This document shows positions 30,697 through 41,349 of a DNA stretch of 64,000 bases, one piece after another (positions within the stretch are counted from its first letter, which is position 1; every line of letters starts with the position of its first letter). A model generated the notes under the pieces. It was not told where the DNA came from, searched no databases, and saw nothing but the letters and a program-made list of their open reading frames with translations. The stretch is taken from contig CAWAUM010000002.1 in NCBI GenBank assembly GCA_963785235.1, positions 96,001-160,000 on the forward strand, in the 5' to 3' direction. The DNA comes from an uncultured delta proteobacterium. GTDB lineage: Bacteria > Desulfobacterota > Desulfomonilia > UBA1062. The translations under genes were made by a program, and so were the position numbers.

Positions 30697-31954
30697 ATTC
30701 ATTATATCGGGCGGCAATTCTCTGCGGGGAGAGGTGAGCGTTTCCGGGTCCAAAAATGCAGCGCTGCCCATACTCTGCTCATCGCTGCTCTCTGATGGCT
30801 TATGCACCTATACAAATGTGCCGCGTCTCATGGATATCAGCACCATTTGCGCGGTGCTTGCAAAACTGGGCGTCAAGGCGGACAGGCCCGAACACAACAC
30901 CGTAGTCCTCGACCCTAAAGGCGTCAATGCCTTTGAGGCCCCCTATGACCTGGTCAAGAGCATGAGGGCATCCATCCTGGTCCTTGGGCCGCTCCTTGCC
31001 AAATATGGAAAGGCCAAGGTATCACTGCCCGGTGGATGCGCCATCGGGGTGAGGCCCATTGACATGCATCTGAAGGCCTTTGCCAAGATGGGGGCGGCCA
31101 TAGAGCTATCCCATGGGTATGTCATGGCCACTGCAAACAAATTGAAGGGTGCCCGTATCGTGTTCGACAACACAACGGTGGGCGGCACGGAAAATGTCAT
31201 GATGGCTGCATGCCTGGCCGAAGGCACAACCATTATCGAGGGTGCGGCGAGGGAACCCGAGGTCGTGGACCTGGCCGGAGCCCTGAATGCCATGGGCGCC
31301 CGAATCGAGGGTATAGGAGAGAGTACCATGGTCATCGAAGGGGTAAAGTCTCTCTCAGGCCTTAACTACAAGGTCATACCCGACAGGATAGAGCTGGGCA
31401 CCCTCATTGTTGCAGCCGCCATCACCAAGGGGGCTCTCACCATCAGGGACACAAGGCCGGATCATGCTGCAGCCATCATTGATAAGCTTGCCGAGATGGG
31501 TGTAAAGATCAGCGAAGGTGAAGCTGGTGTGGTCCAGGTTAACGGGGACTGCGACCTGAAGCCTGTTAACATAATGACTGTGCCCTACCCCGGGTTCCCC
31601 ACGGACATGCAGGCCCAGATAATGGCCCTGGCCTGTATCTCGCCCGGGGTTTCCGACATCACGGAGAACATCTTCGAGAACCGGTTCATGCATGTACCAG
31701 AGCTTGTGCGCATGGGGGCCAACCTCGAAGAAAAGGGCAGGACCGTAATCGTGCGCGGCATTGAGAGGTTCCAGGGGGCGTCCGTCATGGCCACGGACCT
31801 GAGGGCCTCGGCCAGCCTTGTGCTTGCAGCGTTAAATGCCACCGGATATACCGAGATAAGGAGGATCTACCATCTCGACCGGGGCTATGAAGGGCTGGAC
31901 AAGAAACTTATCAAGCTCGGCGCAGAGGTGTCCAGGGAAAAGGGCGGTCTTTGA
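30689..31954 (+). CDS. murA: UDP-N-acetylglucosamine 1-carboxyvinyltransferase
   Basis: GSKNAALP, LPGGCAIGVRPID, PGFPTDMQAQ, DLRASA, HLDRGY. Confidence 0.98.
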   Translation: MDKFIISGGNSLRGEVSVSGSKNAALPILCSSLLSDGLCTYTNVPRLMDISTICAVLAKLGVKADRPEHNTVVLDPKGVNAFEAPYDLVKSMRASILVLGPLLAKYGKAKVSLPGGCAIGVRPIDMHLKAFAKMGAAIELSHGYVMATANKLKGARIVFDNTTVGGTENVMMAACLAEGTTIIEGAAREPEVVDLAGALNAMGARIEGIGESTMVIEGVKSLSGLNYKVIPDRIELGTLIVAAAITKGALTIRDTRPDHAAAIIDKLAEMGVKISEGEAGVVQVNGDCDLKPVNIMTVPYPGFPTDMQAQIMALACISPGVSDITENIFENRFMHVPELVRMGANLEEKGRTVIVRGIERFQGASVMATDLRASASLVLAALNATGYTEIRRIYHLDRGYEGLDKKLIKLGAEVSREKGGL

Positions 31955-33253
31955 TGATAACCATAAATACGAAGGATCAAGGCTGGAATGAAAGGCTTTT
32001 CGGGCTGCTGGACCGTATGAGGGCCATGCCTGATGAGGTGGACGGAGCTGTCAGAGGGATCATCGAGCAGGTCAGGATCAGGGGAGATGAGGCCCTGTTC
32101 GAATACACCAGGACCTTTGATAAGTTCGACCCGGAAAAAGACGGGTTCTGCTTCGGGCCGGATGAGATCGCAAAGGCATACCAGGAAGCACCGAAAGACA
32201 TCCTCGAGGCACTCGAGTGTGCAGCAAGACGCATAGATGAGTTCCATTCCCACCAGAAGGAGCAGTCCTGGTTCATCACCGATGAATCGGGCACCATCCT
32301 TGGGCAGAAGGTCACGGCTGTAGGCAGTGCAGGTATCTATGTCCCGGGAGGGAAAAACGCTTTTCCATCAACGCTCCTCATGAATGTGATTCCCGCGAAG
32401 ATTGCCGGGGTAGAGAATGTCGTTGTGGTATCCCCCACCCCTTCGGGCAGGGTCAGCCAGACTCTCCTTGCCGCTGCACATATTGCAGGGGTGGGGAGGA
32501 TCTACCGTATCGGAGGCGCCCAGGCCATAGCCGCCCTGGCCTTCGGAACCAGGAGCATCCCCAGGGTTGACAAGGTGGTCGGCCCGGGCAACATTTATGT
32601 GGCGCATGCCAAGAGGCTCCTTCAGGGGACCATCGGCATCGACGCCTTTGCAGGCCCTTCCGAGATCCTCGTGATCGCGGATGACGGGGCTGACGCTTAT
32701 GTGGTTGCATGCGACCTGCTCTCCCAGGCCGAGCACGATACCCATGGCATCCTCTATCCTGATCACACCTTCGGCGGCCCTGGCTGCGGCGGTATTGAAG
32801 GAGTTGGAAAAGGCCATAGTCACCCTGCCACGCAAGGACACCATCAGGGACGCCCTCGATAACCACGGGGCGTGCATCGTGACAAAAGACCTGGATGAGG
32901 CTATCGATATCGCGAACCGGGTGGCGCCTGAACACCTGGAGCTCATGCTGGACAACGCCTATGAGTATCTCGGCAGGATCAAGAATGCAGGGGCCGTGTT
33001 CCTGGGTTATATGACGCCGGAGGCCATGGGCGATTATGTGGCCGGACCAAACCATACCCTGCCAACCGGATCAACGGCGCGGTTCTATTCGCCGCTGGGC
33101 GTCTATGATTTCACCAAGCGCACCTCGGTCATCGGGATATCACAGAAAACCCTCGATGCATTAGGGCCTATGGCGGTGCGCATCGCCCAAGCCGAGGACC
33201 TGGAGGCGCATGCACGATCTGTTCAATGCCGCCAAAAGAAACATAATCCTTAA
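31951..33253 (+). CDS. hisD: Histidinol dehydrogenase, +1 frameshift at C3 32741-32743
   Basis: GIYVPGG, GGAQAIAALA, AGPSE and SQAEHD in ORF 31951..32862. APEHLE and GDYVAGPNHTLPT in ORF 32681..33253. Confidence 0.93.
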
Positions 33254-34542
33254 AGGTATCCTTCCTCACCTGCCGGGGAAGACCTATCTTGTGGGTGGGT
33301 GTGTACGAGACCTGATGCTGGGCGCCGAGCCATCCGACTTCGACCTTGTCACCTTCGGATCGTCCATGGACCTGGCACGGCAGCTCGGCATAATTTTGGG
33401 CGGCAAGGCCTTTTTCATGGACCAGGAACGTCAGATGGCACGGGTAGCACTGAACCACGGAGACCTGACCATAGACGTATCACCTCCTAAGGGGAACCGA
33501 CATAGCAGCAGACCTTGCGGAGCGGGATATCACCATCAATGCCATGGCCTTGAATCCCTTTGATGGCACACTCATCGACCCACTTGGAGGACAAAAGGAC
33601 CTGCAGGAAAAACGGATCCGGCTTATTGGGGAAAAGAACCTGAGGGACGACCCACTTCGGGGGTTGCGCTGCCTGAGGTTCTCCGTGCAGCTTGGGTTTT
33701 CCCTTGATAGCCTCACTATGGAAATGATCAAGAAAAATGCAGAAAACCTTGACAGGATTGCCCCTGAACGGATCAAATACGAATTCTTGAAGGCACTGAT
33801 ATGTCCTGACAGCGCAACATTTTTCAGCCTCCTCGTTGATGCGGGGTACCCCCACGTGCTCTTCATGACCCCGCTGGATAAAGATCGGATTGGTCTGAGC
33901 CTTGTGTGTGTATCAGGCATAGAGTCCCTTCTCCTGGATGTGCCCTCATACCTCCCCGGTATAAAAGACTCCTTTGCAGATGAGCTGGAGCACGGTTTCA
34001 CCAGGTCCGGGGCACTGCGGCTAGCAGGCTTTTTTGCCTGTGTGGCCGAATCGTCGCAGCTCAATTATAATGAAGACCTGGTGAACACCTGGTGCACGAG
34101 GCTGGCCCTTTCTTCCCTGGCAGGCCGCGTCATTGCAAAGACCATCTCAGGCATGCTGCAGGTGCTTAACCTTGACGAGAAATCCTTTCTCAGCAGCAGG
34201 GGCATGCACCGGCTCTTGTCTGTGTATCAGCATTGTTTGCCGGAGATGCTCCTGCTGGCTCTTGCCTCTGATGCCCTTACAGTCCAGAAGGACGCAGACA
34301 AAACAAGGGATGTATCCATCGAGACACGCGTCGCATCCCTGTGGGAGTATTTCCAGGGAACCTATAAGGCCCAGGTGGCAAACCCGTTACTCACAGGCCA
34401 TGACATCATGGAAAACTTATCAGTGGAGCCGGGTCCAAAGGTGGGGGAACTGCTGCGACTAGTGGAAGAGGGCCGGGCGGACGGTATTATATCCAGCCTC
34501 GACCAGGCCCTGGAATACCTCAGGTCAATCATGGCAGAATAA
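33210..34542 (+). CDS. Class II tRNA nucleotidyltransferase / poly(A) polymerase family, probably CC-adding, +1 frameshift at G4 33491-33494
   Basis: YLVGGCVRD...DFDL, then after the shift DLAERDITINAMA, DPLGGQKDL, DDPLRGLR, ERIKYE and C-terminal LLTGHDIM..L...PGP. Confidence 0.88.
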
Positions 34543-34784
34543 CACTCAACATTTCTACGCACATCTTACTTTCACCGCACATGCCAGATTCAAGGCAGGA
34601 GAATGAGTGAGGACATTTCATTGTTGCTTTCAAAATCACCTTGGGCACAATAACGGACATATCTTTCATACACCTTTTTTAAAAAAATATGAATATTATT
34701 AGGCTATCAATATCTTTGATATATAACTTGATCAAGACTTCTTTATTCATAACGCTTTGCCTATTTCGAACCCGAGATTAGAGC

Positions 34785-35213
34785 TTATGACTCAAATCTA
34801 TCTTTGAGGTTCATGATGGTCATATCAGCATCTCGGTCATTATTCTGATGGATCAATTTCTCTGCATTTTTTCCCAAAACTTGAACTGGGATTGAATAAT
34901 CAATATCAAGATCCAAGGTTGTCACGTTCTTATGAGTCTCAAGCTTGAACTCCCACGTAGCATCGATACCGCCTTTGCTTTTAACTACAACACGTTTGTT
35001 TGGGATATCTTCAATATTGGTGGCTTCTCCTTTAAATTTCATCCCGGCCATCTTCCAGGTCCAGGTGTAGTGTGCGCCAACACCAGACCCTTTCACATCT
35101 TTAACCTCGAGCAGGTTCGTTATCCACTCCGGATATTTTCTGAGCTCCTCGATATAAGAGTAGACCTTCTCTACCGGTGCATTGATCTCAACCCTTTTGT
35201 GAATTCTTGGCAT
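34785..35213 (-). CDS. SRPBCC (polyketide cyclase/START-like) family protein
   Basis: VEINAPVEKVYSY...PEW, GVGAHYTW. GGAGG RBS. Confidence 0.85.
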   Translation of the reverse strand: MPRIHKRVEINAPVEKVYSYIEELRKYPEWITNLLEVKDVKGSGVGAHYTWTWKMAGMKFKGEATNIEDIPNKRVVVKSKGGIDATWEFKLETHKNVTTLDLDIDYSIPVQVLGKNAEKLIHQNNDRDADMTIMNLKDRFES

Positions 35214-35464
35214 ACTTATTACCTCCTTTCTTTCGTTCTTCTGCCAAGTGTTATCTTCGAAACCACAGATAAACCAATCCGGCAGATTCGTCTCCCTTCA
35301 TGTATAATTTTGACATAAACCATCCCGTTCAAGGGGTTCATCGTGGTGTAATGAAAATTAAAAGGTAACCAATGAATCATTATAAAGAGACACTCAACAG
35401 CATCTACAAAGAATCTATATGCGAATAATCAGACTATATAAAGATACTTCGGTCACTAGGAAAA

Positions 35465-36604
35465 TCAATAGCCATGGACGAGATCGATCACCGTGACTTC
35501 CGGAGGGGAGAGAAAGCGTATGGGCGGCCCCCACGTGCCGGTTCCCCGGTTCACATAAAGGCGGGACCCCTTTGGCAGGTCATACCATCCTGCAATATGC
35601 GAGAAAGAGAGTTGCACCAGATAACGAAAAGGGTAGATCTGTCCTTGGTGGGTATGTCCTGAGAGTTGAAGGTCATAGTTCCCGAGCGATCTTTGATCAA
35701 CAAAAGGCTGATGTTTGAGGAGGAGGGTGAACTTATCCTTTGGCAACAAATTGAGCAGTTCATGCTCCGGCATACCTCTAGACTGGCCGAAATACTTGCC
35801 GGTAGGGTCGTCGACACCTGCAATGTTGATGATGCCCCCGACACTCATTACCTCGTTCCTCAAGATGGTGAAACCGGCCATCCTTGTAATTTCAAGGGCC
35901 TGCGGGAGGCCGGCATAGAATTCATGGTTGCCTGTAATGGCGTATTTCCCGTATCGAGGTTGTATCTCCTGAAAGGCCTCGGCCAACCCTGCGAGGCTGT
36001 CGATCTGTCCGTCCACAAGATCCCCCGTAGATATGAGGATGTCAGGGTTCGCCTTGTGTATCACAGAGAGGATATTCCTTAATCTTTCTTCGCGCACGAT
36101 GATGCCAAGATGGACATCGGAGATCTGTGCAATCCGCAGGTGCCCAATTGCCTCAGGGATTTTGGGTGATCTGAGGGTTATCATCTCGGTGCGAATGTTC
36201 ATTGCGGCGAAATATCCATAAACGGCAATGCCCAAGGCAAGAAAGAGGGGGACAAGAAAAGCGATTCTCGCAGAGGGCAGGAACAGGCCTGTATCTTTGT
36301 GAAAGATCAGCCCTGTACCGTGTACGAAGAGGTGATAGAGATCGGTCAAAAGAGAAAGGGTAAAAAACAGGAATATAATGCCCATCCAATTGTAACCGAT
36401 GTATGCCATCAAACGGGCTGAAAATTCATATCCATGCCTTTCCAGTATGCGGACAAAAATAGGGGCAAAGGTCATGACTGCTAAAAAGAACCCCAGGATT
36501 ATGCCAGCACCGGCCCCAAAAGGGAAGGCGCCCTTCACCTTGAAGAAAGCATAGACATGCACTGCACTATAAACGCTGAAAATGGTGAGTAGGAATAATG
36601 ACAT
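35465..36604 (-). CDS. Membrane-anchored metallophosphoesterase (YkuE-like)
   Basis: N-terminal TM helices. SDVHLG, GDLVDG, GNHE, SGHTH, GTGTWGPPIR. Start placed at ATG 36604. Confidence 0.92.
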   Translation of the reverse strand: MSLFLLTIFSVYSAVHVYAFFKVKGAFPFGAGAGIILGFFLAVMTFAPIFVRILERHGYEFSARLMAYIGYNWMGIIFLFFTLSLLTDLYHLFVHGTGLIFHKDTGLFLPSARIAFLVPLFLALGIAVYGYFAAMNIRTEMITLRSPKIPEAIGHLRIAQISDVHLGIIVREERLRNILSVIHKANPDILISTGDLVDGQIDSLAGLAEAFQEIQPRYGKYAITGNHEFYAGLPQALEITRMAGFTILRNEVMSVGGIINIAGVDDPTGKYFGQSRGMPEHELLNLLPKDKFTLLLKHQPFVDQRSLGNYDLQLSGHTHQGQIYPFRYLVQLSFSHIAGWYDLPKGSRLYVNRGTGTWGPPIRFLSPPEVTVIDLVHGY

Positions 36605-36866
36605 TGTGGTCTCCTTGAAGCTTATCACGGTTGTCGTGATATTATTATACTTGATAGAGGATAGATAAAAATTTTCAAGTACCTGGATGGAGTGGTCTTG
36701 GATATATGGCAGCATCAGAGTACATCATCACTTTAGCCACTATGAATAGCCCTGATTAAGCTTTTTTAGTTTATAGACATCATAAAGCAGATATGAAATT
36801 GAATCTCAGGTTTTTCCAAATATTATAAAATCGTCTCTGACCGTGCTTTTCCTTGGTGGTCCCCGT

Positions 36867-37469
36867 TTACTCCTCCCTTGACACCGCGTGCGCAATTCGT
36901 ACAATTTCTTGAGCGATATCTTCAGGTGAAAGAACAAAATCTATACACCCGCTTGCTATTGCGCTCTGAGGCATATCCGGCTGCCCGGCAGTGTCGAGCT
37001 TCTGCGCGATGGTAATGCCTCCCGCTTCTTTTATGCCGCACAGTGCTGCTGCCCCATCACCATCATAGCCAGAGACAATGACAGCAATAAGTTTGCCGTC
37101 CCAGTACTCAGTTAGGGAACGCAGAAAAACTGTAATCACATCGGGCCATCCCCTCGGCTTTGATATCGGCTTGAGACGGAACTCTCCATCAAGAACATGC
37201 AAATCACTCTGTTCCGGGATTATGAACACATGGTTGGGCTCGATGAGTAATTTTTCCGTGATCAGTTCAACCGGCATCTTAGTGTAGCGCGGGAGGATCT
37301 CGTGGAGGTGGGTGGCTACGGTTCTCAGGTGATTAACGATGACGATAGCAACACCCATATCGGCCGGCAGATGGCTTAATAACCGGATATAGGCATCGAG
37401 GCCACCGGCCGAACCGCCAACGCAAACGATAGGAAAGTCTTTTGCAACACTCTTAGCCTTCATAGGCAA
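36867..37469 (-). CDS. Stand-alone CheB-type methylesterase domain protein (no receiver, no CheR)
   Basis: GGSAGG, VNH, SGYDGDG (S/H/D triad), QPDMPQSAI. Confidence 0.88.
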   Translation of the reverse strand: MPMKAKSVAKDFPIVCVGGSAGGLDAYIRLLSHLPADMGVAIVIVNHLRTVATHLHEILPRYTKMPVELITEKLLIEPNHVFIIPEQSDLHVLDGEFRLKPISKPRGWPDVITVFLRSLTEYWDGKLIAVIVSGYDGDGAAALCGIKEAGGITIAQKLDTAGQPDMPQSAIASGCIDFVLSPEDIAQEIVRIAHAVSREE

Positions 37470-37690
37470 TTCCTCCCATGATATGAACTCCCTTTTTTCG
37501 CTATAAAAAAGTATACTACCAACTCGACAAAACCATGTAGGAAATGTTTACATTGTAGTATATCCGTTTCAGCACTACTATTTTAAGACTGTATGTTTTT
37601 TACTATATTATAAGAGCTGAGAGCTCCATTGCAACCTGGGGTGATACTATGGACGGTTATGTGTAAACACTACCACCTGAGAAATTAGTA

Positions 37691-39352
37691 ATGACTAAAA
37701 AAGATACAATAAAGACCAGCTCAACAAACCTGCGCAGTCGCGCAGAGGCAGAACTGAAGGATCGCCCTGCCGGCCAGGGCGACATCTCACTGGAAAAAAC
37801 CCAGCGCCTGCTCCACGAACTAGAGGTGCACCAGATCGAGCTGGAAATGCAGAACAAAGAACTGCACCGGTCGCAGGAGGAGCTGGAAATCTCCCGGACC
37901 AAGTATTTTGACCTCTTTGACCTCGCCCCGGTGGGGTATCTTACCCTGGATGAGAAAGGGCTCATCCTGGAGGCGAACCTGACAGCCTCACGGTTACTCG
38001 GGATAGAACGAAGTTCTCTGGTCAAACAGCCCCTTATACGATTTATCATCAGTGAGGACCAGGCCGGTTACTGCCTGCAGAACAAGCTACTTCTCGAAAC
38101 GGGCATGCCGCAGACCTTCGAATTGAGGATGATGCGCCAAGACGGTTCCACCCTCTGGATACTCATGGAGACGAGCGCCAAACTCTCAAGTGACAGCGGT
38201 TTGTTCATGTACAAGGTTGTCATGAGCGATATCTCCATACAGAAACGTTTAGGAGAGGCTTTACAAGAAGCTCACAACGAACTGGAACAACGTGTAGAGG
38301 AGCGGACAATTGAACTCAGGACAGCCCTTTCTGAAATCAACACATTGAAAGAACAGCTCGAGGCCGAGAACATTTACTTCCGCAACGAGAATAAAAAGAA
38401 GCATCAATTTGAGAATATTATCGGGAAAAGCGACGGGCTCAAGTATGTTCTCTACCGGGCGGAACAAGTTGCCCCTGCCAACACAACGATCCTCATCCTT
38501 GGTGAAACCGGTACGGGAAAAGAGCTGATCGCTGCCGCCATCCATAACATGAGTCCCCGCAAGGAACGGCCATTGATAACGGTCAACTGTGCCGCCCTGC
38601 CGGCCAATTTAATAGAGAGCGAATTGTTCGGCCGGGAGAAGGGGGCATTTACCGGGGCCGATGCCCGGCGGGTAGGCCGGTTCGAGGTGGCCAATGGCTC
38701 CACTATTTGCCTGGACGAGATCGGGGAGCTGCCCCTTGAGTTGCAGTCAAAGCTGCTCCGGGTGATTCAGCATAACGAGTTTGAGCGCCTGGGCTCGTCC
38801 CATACCATCAAGGTCGATGTGCGGATCATTGCAACAACCAATCGAGACCTTGAAGAAGAGATCCGCAAGGGTCGGTTCCGGCAGGACCTTTACTACCGGC
38901 TCAACGTCTTTTCCATCTCGATCCCGCCACTTAGGCACCGCAAAGAAGATATCCCGCCCATGGTCCAAGCCTTCGTAGAGAGGTATGCCAGAAAATTGGG
39001 CAAACAGATCACGTCCATCCAGAAGGAAACGATGAAGGTATTGCAGGAATACCCATGGCCAGGGAACGTCCGGGAGCTGGAAAGCATCATTGAACGGGCC
39101 GTGATCTTGTGCCCCGGGCCGGTTCTGCAACTGACGGACAAGCTGGGTATTTCATCCACCACACGTTCATCCACGTTGAGGACCTTAGAAGAGGTGGAGC
39201 GAAACCATATTCTTAAAATCCTTTCTGAAACGAGGTGGCGAATCGAGGGAAAGGACAAGGCCGCGGCGATCCTGGGCATGCACCCGAGTACCTTACGGGC
39301 GAGGATGCATAAGCTCGGGATAGTCCGACCGAAGAGAAAATACTCAAATTAG
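37691..39352 (+). CDS. PAS-domain sigma54-dependent enhancer-binding protein (Fis-type HTH)
   Basis: [26 protein letters not shown] region, [38 protein letters not shown]-terminal HTH. Confidence 0.95.
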   Translation: MTKKDTIKTSSTNLRSRAEAELKDRPAGQGDISLEKTQRLLHELEVHQIELEMQNKELHRSQEELEISRTKYFDLFDLAPVGYLTLDEKGLILEANLTASRLLGIERSSLVKQPLIRFIISEDQAGYCLQNKLLLETGMPQTFELRMMRQDGSTLWILMETSAKLSSDSGLFMYKVVMSDISIQKRLGEALQEAHNELEQRVEERTIELRTALSEINTLKEQLEAENIYFRNENKKKHQFENIIGKSDGLKYVLYRAEQVAPANTTILILGETGTGKELIAAAIHNMSPRKERPLITVNCAALPANLIESELFGREKGAFTGADARRVGRFEVANGSTICLDEIGELPLELQSKLLRVIQHNEFERLGSSHTIKVDVRIIATTNRDLEEEIRKGRFRQDLYYRLNVFSISIPPLRHRKEDIPPMVQAFVERYARKLGKQITSIQKETMKVLQEYPWPGNVRELESIIERAVILCPGPVLQLTDKLGISSTTRSSTLRTLEEVERNHILKILSETRWRIEGKDKAAAILGMHPSTLRARMHKLGIVRPKRKYSN

Positions 39353-39378
39353 ACTGTCCCCCCTCCTTTCAAAGTACC

Positions 39379-39412
39379 CCTCAATATGTTGAGGTTCCGC
39401 TAAATCTTGAGG
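39379..39412 (+). promoter_or_regulatory. Putative upstream activating sequence (tandem CCTCAA-N4-TTGAGG-type sites), copy 1
   Basis: Perfect palindrome CCTCAATATGTTGAGG plus imperfect CCGCTAAATCTTGAGG 18 bp later, about 100 bp before a -24/-12 box. Conserved in copy 2. Confidence 0.65.
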
Positions 39413-39510
39413 CCAACCGATTCATTTCATACTTATCTGCTATTCCCTCCTCTTCATCTAACCCTCTTTATTAAAAATTGTTTTCAATCTTCTGATCTTT
39501 GTTTTGCTGT

Positions 39511-39526
39511 TGGCTGGCCATTTGCA
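39511..39526 (+). promoter_or_regulatory. sigma54 -24/-12 promoter, copy 1
   Basis: TGGCTGGCCATTTGCA fits TGGC-N7-TTGCW. Lies downstream of a sigma54 activator gene. Confidence 0.75.
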
Positions 39527-39537
39527 CTAACATTTGT

Positions 39538-39666
39538 ATGATCCTGGTAATCATAAGAATGAAGGTCCTTTCTGAGAAGCGCCTGGAGTTGTCGCAGGCA
39601 ATTGCTTCACTGTTCGGTTCAACAAGGATGGATAGGTATGCCAATAATCAATTCAAAACCTTATAG
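39538..39666 (+). pseudogene. Truncated ABM (putative quinol monooxygenase) gene remnant
   Basis: MILVIIRMKVLSEKRLELSQAIASL matches the N-terminus of ORF 43217. About 266 bp are deleted relative to copy 2. Confidence 0.75.
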
Positions 39667-39676
39667 GAGGAATACT

Positions 39677-39856
39677 ATGAAAGACAGTACGAAGGACCAG
39701 ACGGAAGGCAAGTTTCACAAAGTAAAGGGGAAATTCAAGGAGGTCGCCGGAAAACTCAGCGATAATAATAAGTTGGAAGCCGAAGGCACCGGAGAAAAGA
39801 TAGCCGGTAAAGTTCAGGAAAAGATCGGTCAAGTAGAGAAGGTTCTGGAGAAGTAG
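39677..39856 (+). CDS. CsbD-family general stress protein, copy 1
   Basis: MKDSTKDQTEGKFHKVKGKFKEVAGKLSDNNKLEAEG...GKVQEKIG. AGGAGG RBS. Confidence 0.92.
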   Translation: MKDSTKDQTEGKFHKVKGKFKEVAGKLSDNNKLEAEGTGEKIAGKVQEKIGQVEKVLEK

Positions 39857-39942
39857 TGAGCGCGGCCTATCATGTACCAGCGGTTAACGGAAGAATCCGA
39901 AACTGACAGAGATGTTCAACAAAGTAAAAGGAGGAAATTACC

Positions 39943-40035
39943 ATGGATAATACAACTCTTATCATTCTCATCGTCGTGTTGTTCCTAGTGTTCGGCGGGG
40001 GTGGCGGTTACTATTGGTCTAGAGGACGGAGGTAA
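39943..40035 (+). CDS. 30-aa membrane micro-protein (DUF3309-like)
   Basis: AAGGAGG RBS. MDNTTLIILIVVLFLVFGGGGGYYWSRGRR. Not in the ORF track. Confidence 0.75.
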   Translation: MDNTTLIILIVVLFLVFGGGGGYYWSRGRR

Positions 40036-40039
40036 AGTT

Positions 40040-40702
40040 ATGGCTTCTAAAAACATAGCCGTTTATGGAATCTATCCGAACCGGCCAATGGTTGAAAAGG
40101 CGGTTGAAGAATTGAAAGATGCTGGATTTCGTAATGCGGATATCTCGGTGCTGTTCCCTGAAAGTGGCGGAACCAAAGAATTCGCAATCGAAAAGGAAAC
40201 CAAGGCTCCTGAGGGGGCAGCGACAGGAGCCGGAACCGGTGCGGTCATCGGCGGCGCTTTAGGGTGGCTTATGGGTATTGGCTTTTTGGTCATCCCTGGT
40301 ATTGGGCCCTTCATTGCGGCAGGTCCCATCATGACTGCTCTTGCTGGAGTCGGCGCTGCAGGGTTGGTCGGAGGGCTAGCCGGTGCGCTGATTGGCATGG
40401 GTATTCCCGAGTATGAAGCTAACCGATATGAAGGGCGTATCAAGAAAGGGGGAATTCTACTTTCTATCCATGCTGACGATAGAGAATGGAAGAATAAAGG
40501 TAAGGACATACTGAAACGTACCGGGGCTGAAGATATAGGAGATAAAGGAGAAGCCCACGCAGACTATGATGCAAGTGACAGACCTGGAACCAACACCCCT
40601 CAGCGGACAGATTATGAAGAGTCAAGAGCAGGTGAGTCTGTCGAGACAAGAACCCGCGACCTCCTTACTTCAAATACAGAAGGTCCTATCCGAGGCAAAT
40701 GA
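40040..40702 (+). CDS. General stress membrane protein (glycine-zipper, YflT/DUF3341-like)
   Basis: AVEELKDAGF..DISVL, GAATGAGTGAVIGG...IPGIGPFIAAGP...GMGIPEYEA.RYE. GGAGG RBS. Confidence 0.85.
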   Translation: MASKNIAVYGIYPNRPMVEKAVEELKDAGFRNADISVLFPESGGTKEFAIEKETKAPEGAATGAGTGAVIGGALGWLMGIGFLVIPGIGPFIAAGPIMTALAGVGAAGLVGGLAGALIGMGIPEYEANRYEGRIKKGGILLSIHADDREWKNKGKDILKRTGAEDIGDKGEAHADYDASDRPGTNTPQRTDYEESRAGESVETRTRDLLTSNTEGPIRGK

Positions 40703-40739
40703 TTGATTTTAACGTTTAAACTTTCTTAGGAGGATTTAG

Positions 40740-41138
40740 GTGGATAACATGGATAACGAAAAGAACATATACGAGATCCCAAAACATCAAGTTGGAGGAG
40801 AACCCGGTAGCGCCAGTGCTCAGAGCATTCTGGAACACGGCTCCGAAGTTTATGAGCAAGCAGAGCAGGCTGTAAGTGATGTTTACGATAAACCAACACA
40901 GACGGCAAGCGAAGCTTATAAACAGGCCACTGGTTATAGTGGTAAAAATCCTGGCAAGATAATCCTTATCTCATTAGTGATAGGAGTGGGGCTGGTGGTT
41001 CTCTTGATTGCAAGCTCTCGTCTCTCGTATACCGGACGGTTTGTCCAACCCATGCTCAAAGCACTCTCCGACATTGCTCGAGAGATTGTTCGTATAAGTG
41101 TATTGTTAACGGAAAAAGCAATGCAGAAAATTAGGTAA
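40740..41138 (+). CDS. Hypothetical protein, ElaB/YqjD-like tail (NP..ILISLVIGVGL)
   Basis: AGGAGG RBS. Acidic helical N-part followed by an NP-hydrophobic TM segment. Confidence 0.55.
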   Translation: MDNMDNEKNIYEIPKHQVGGEPGSASAQSILEHGSEVYEQAEQAVSDVYDKPTQTASEAYKQATGYSGKNPGKIILISLVIGVGLVVLLIASSRLSYTGRFVQPMLKALSDIAREIVRISVLLTEKAMQKIR

Positions 41139-41172
41139 AGTTCCAAGTCTGAAAGAAAAAAAGAGGATCGCT

Positions 41173-41277
41173 ATGCACAACTCAGAAGAAGGGAAAGTGG
41201 GATGGATTTTACTTTGGCTCTTGGGAATCCCGATCCCGGTTTTAGTGGTGCTGTTTCTCATACGTGGGTGCACCTGA
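41173..41277 (+). CDS. 34-aa membrane micro-protein
   Basis: GAGG RBS. MHNSEEGKVGWILLWLLGIPIPVLVVLFLIRGCT. Not in the ORF track. Confidence 0.7.
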   Translation: MHNSEEGKVGWILLWLLGIPIPVLVVLFLIRGCT

Positions 41278-41349
41278 GGGAAACCGCAGTTGTTTTAGAG
41301 GTATGTGTGCTATTTAAGGTGAGGCGTAAGGTTTTCTTGAAAGAACAAC

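Noticed and set aside
34765-34774. TTCGAACCCG matches the tRNA-Gly T-arm (possible att site)
   Set aside because: Only 10 nt, it does not include the tRNA 3' end, there is no integrase, and core genes lie between the two sites.
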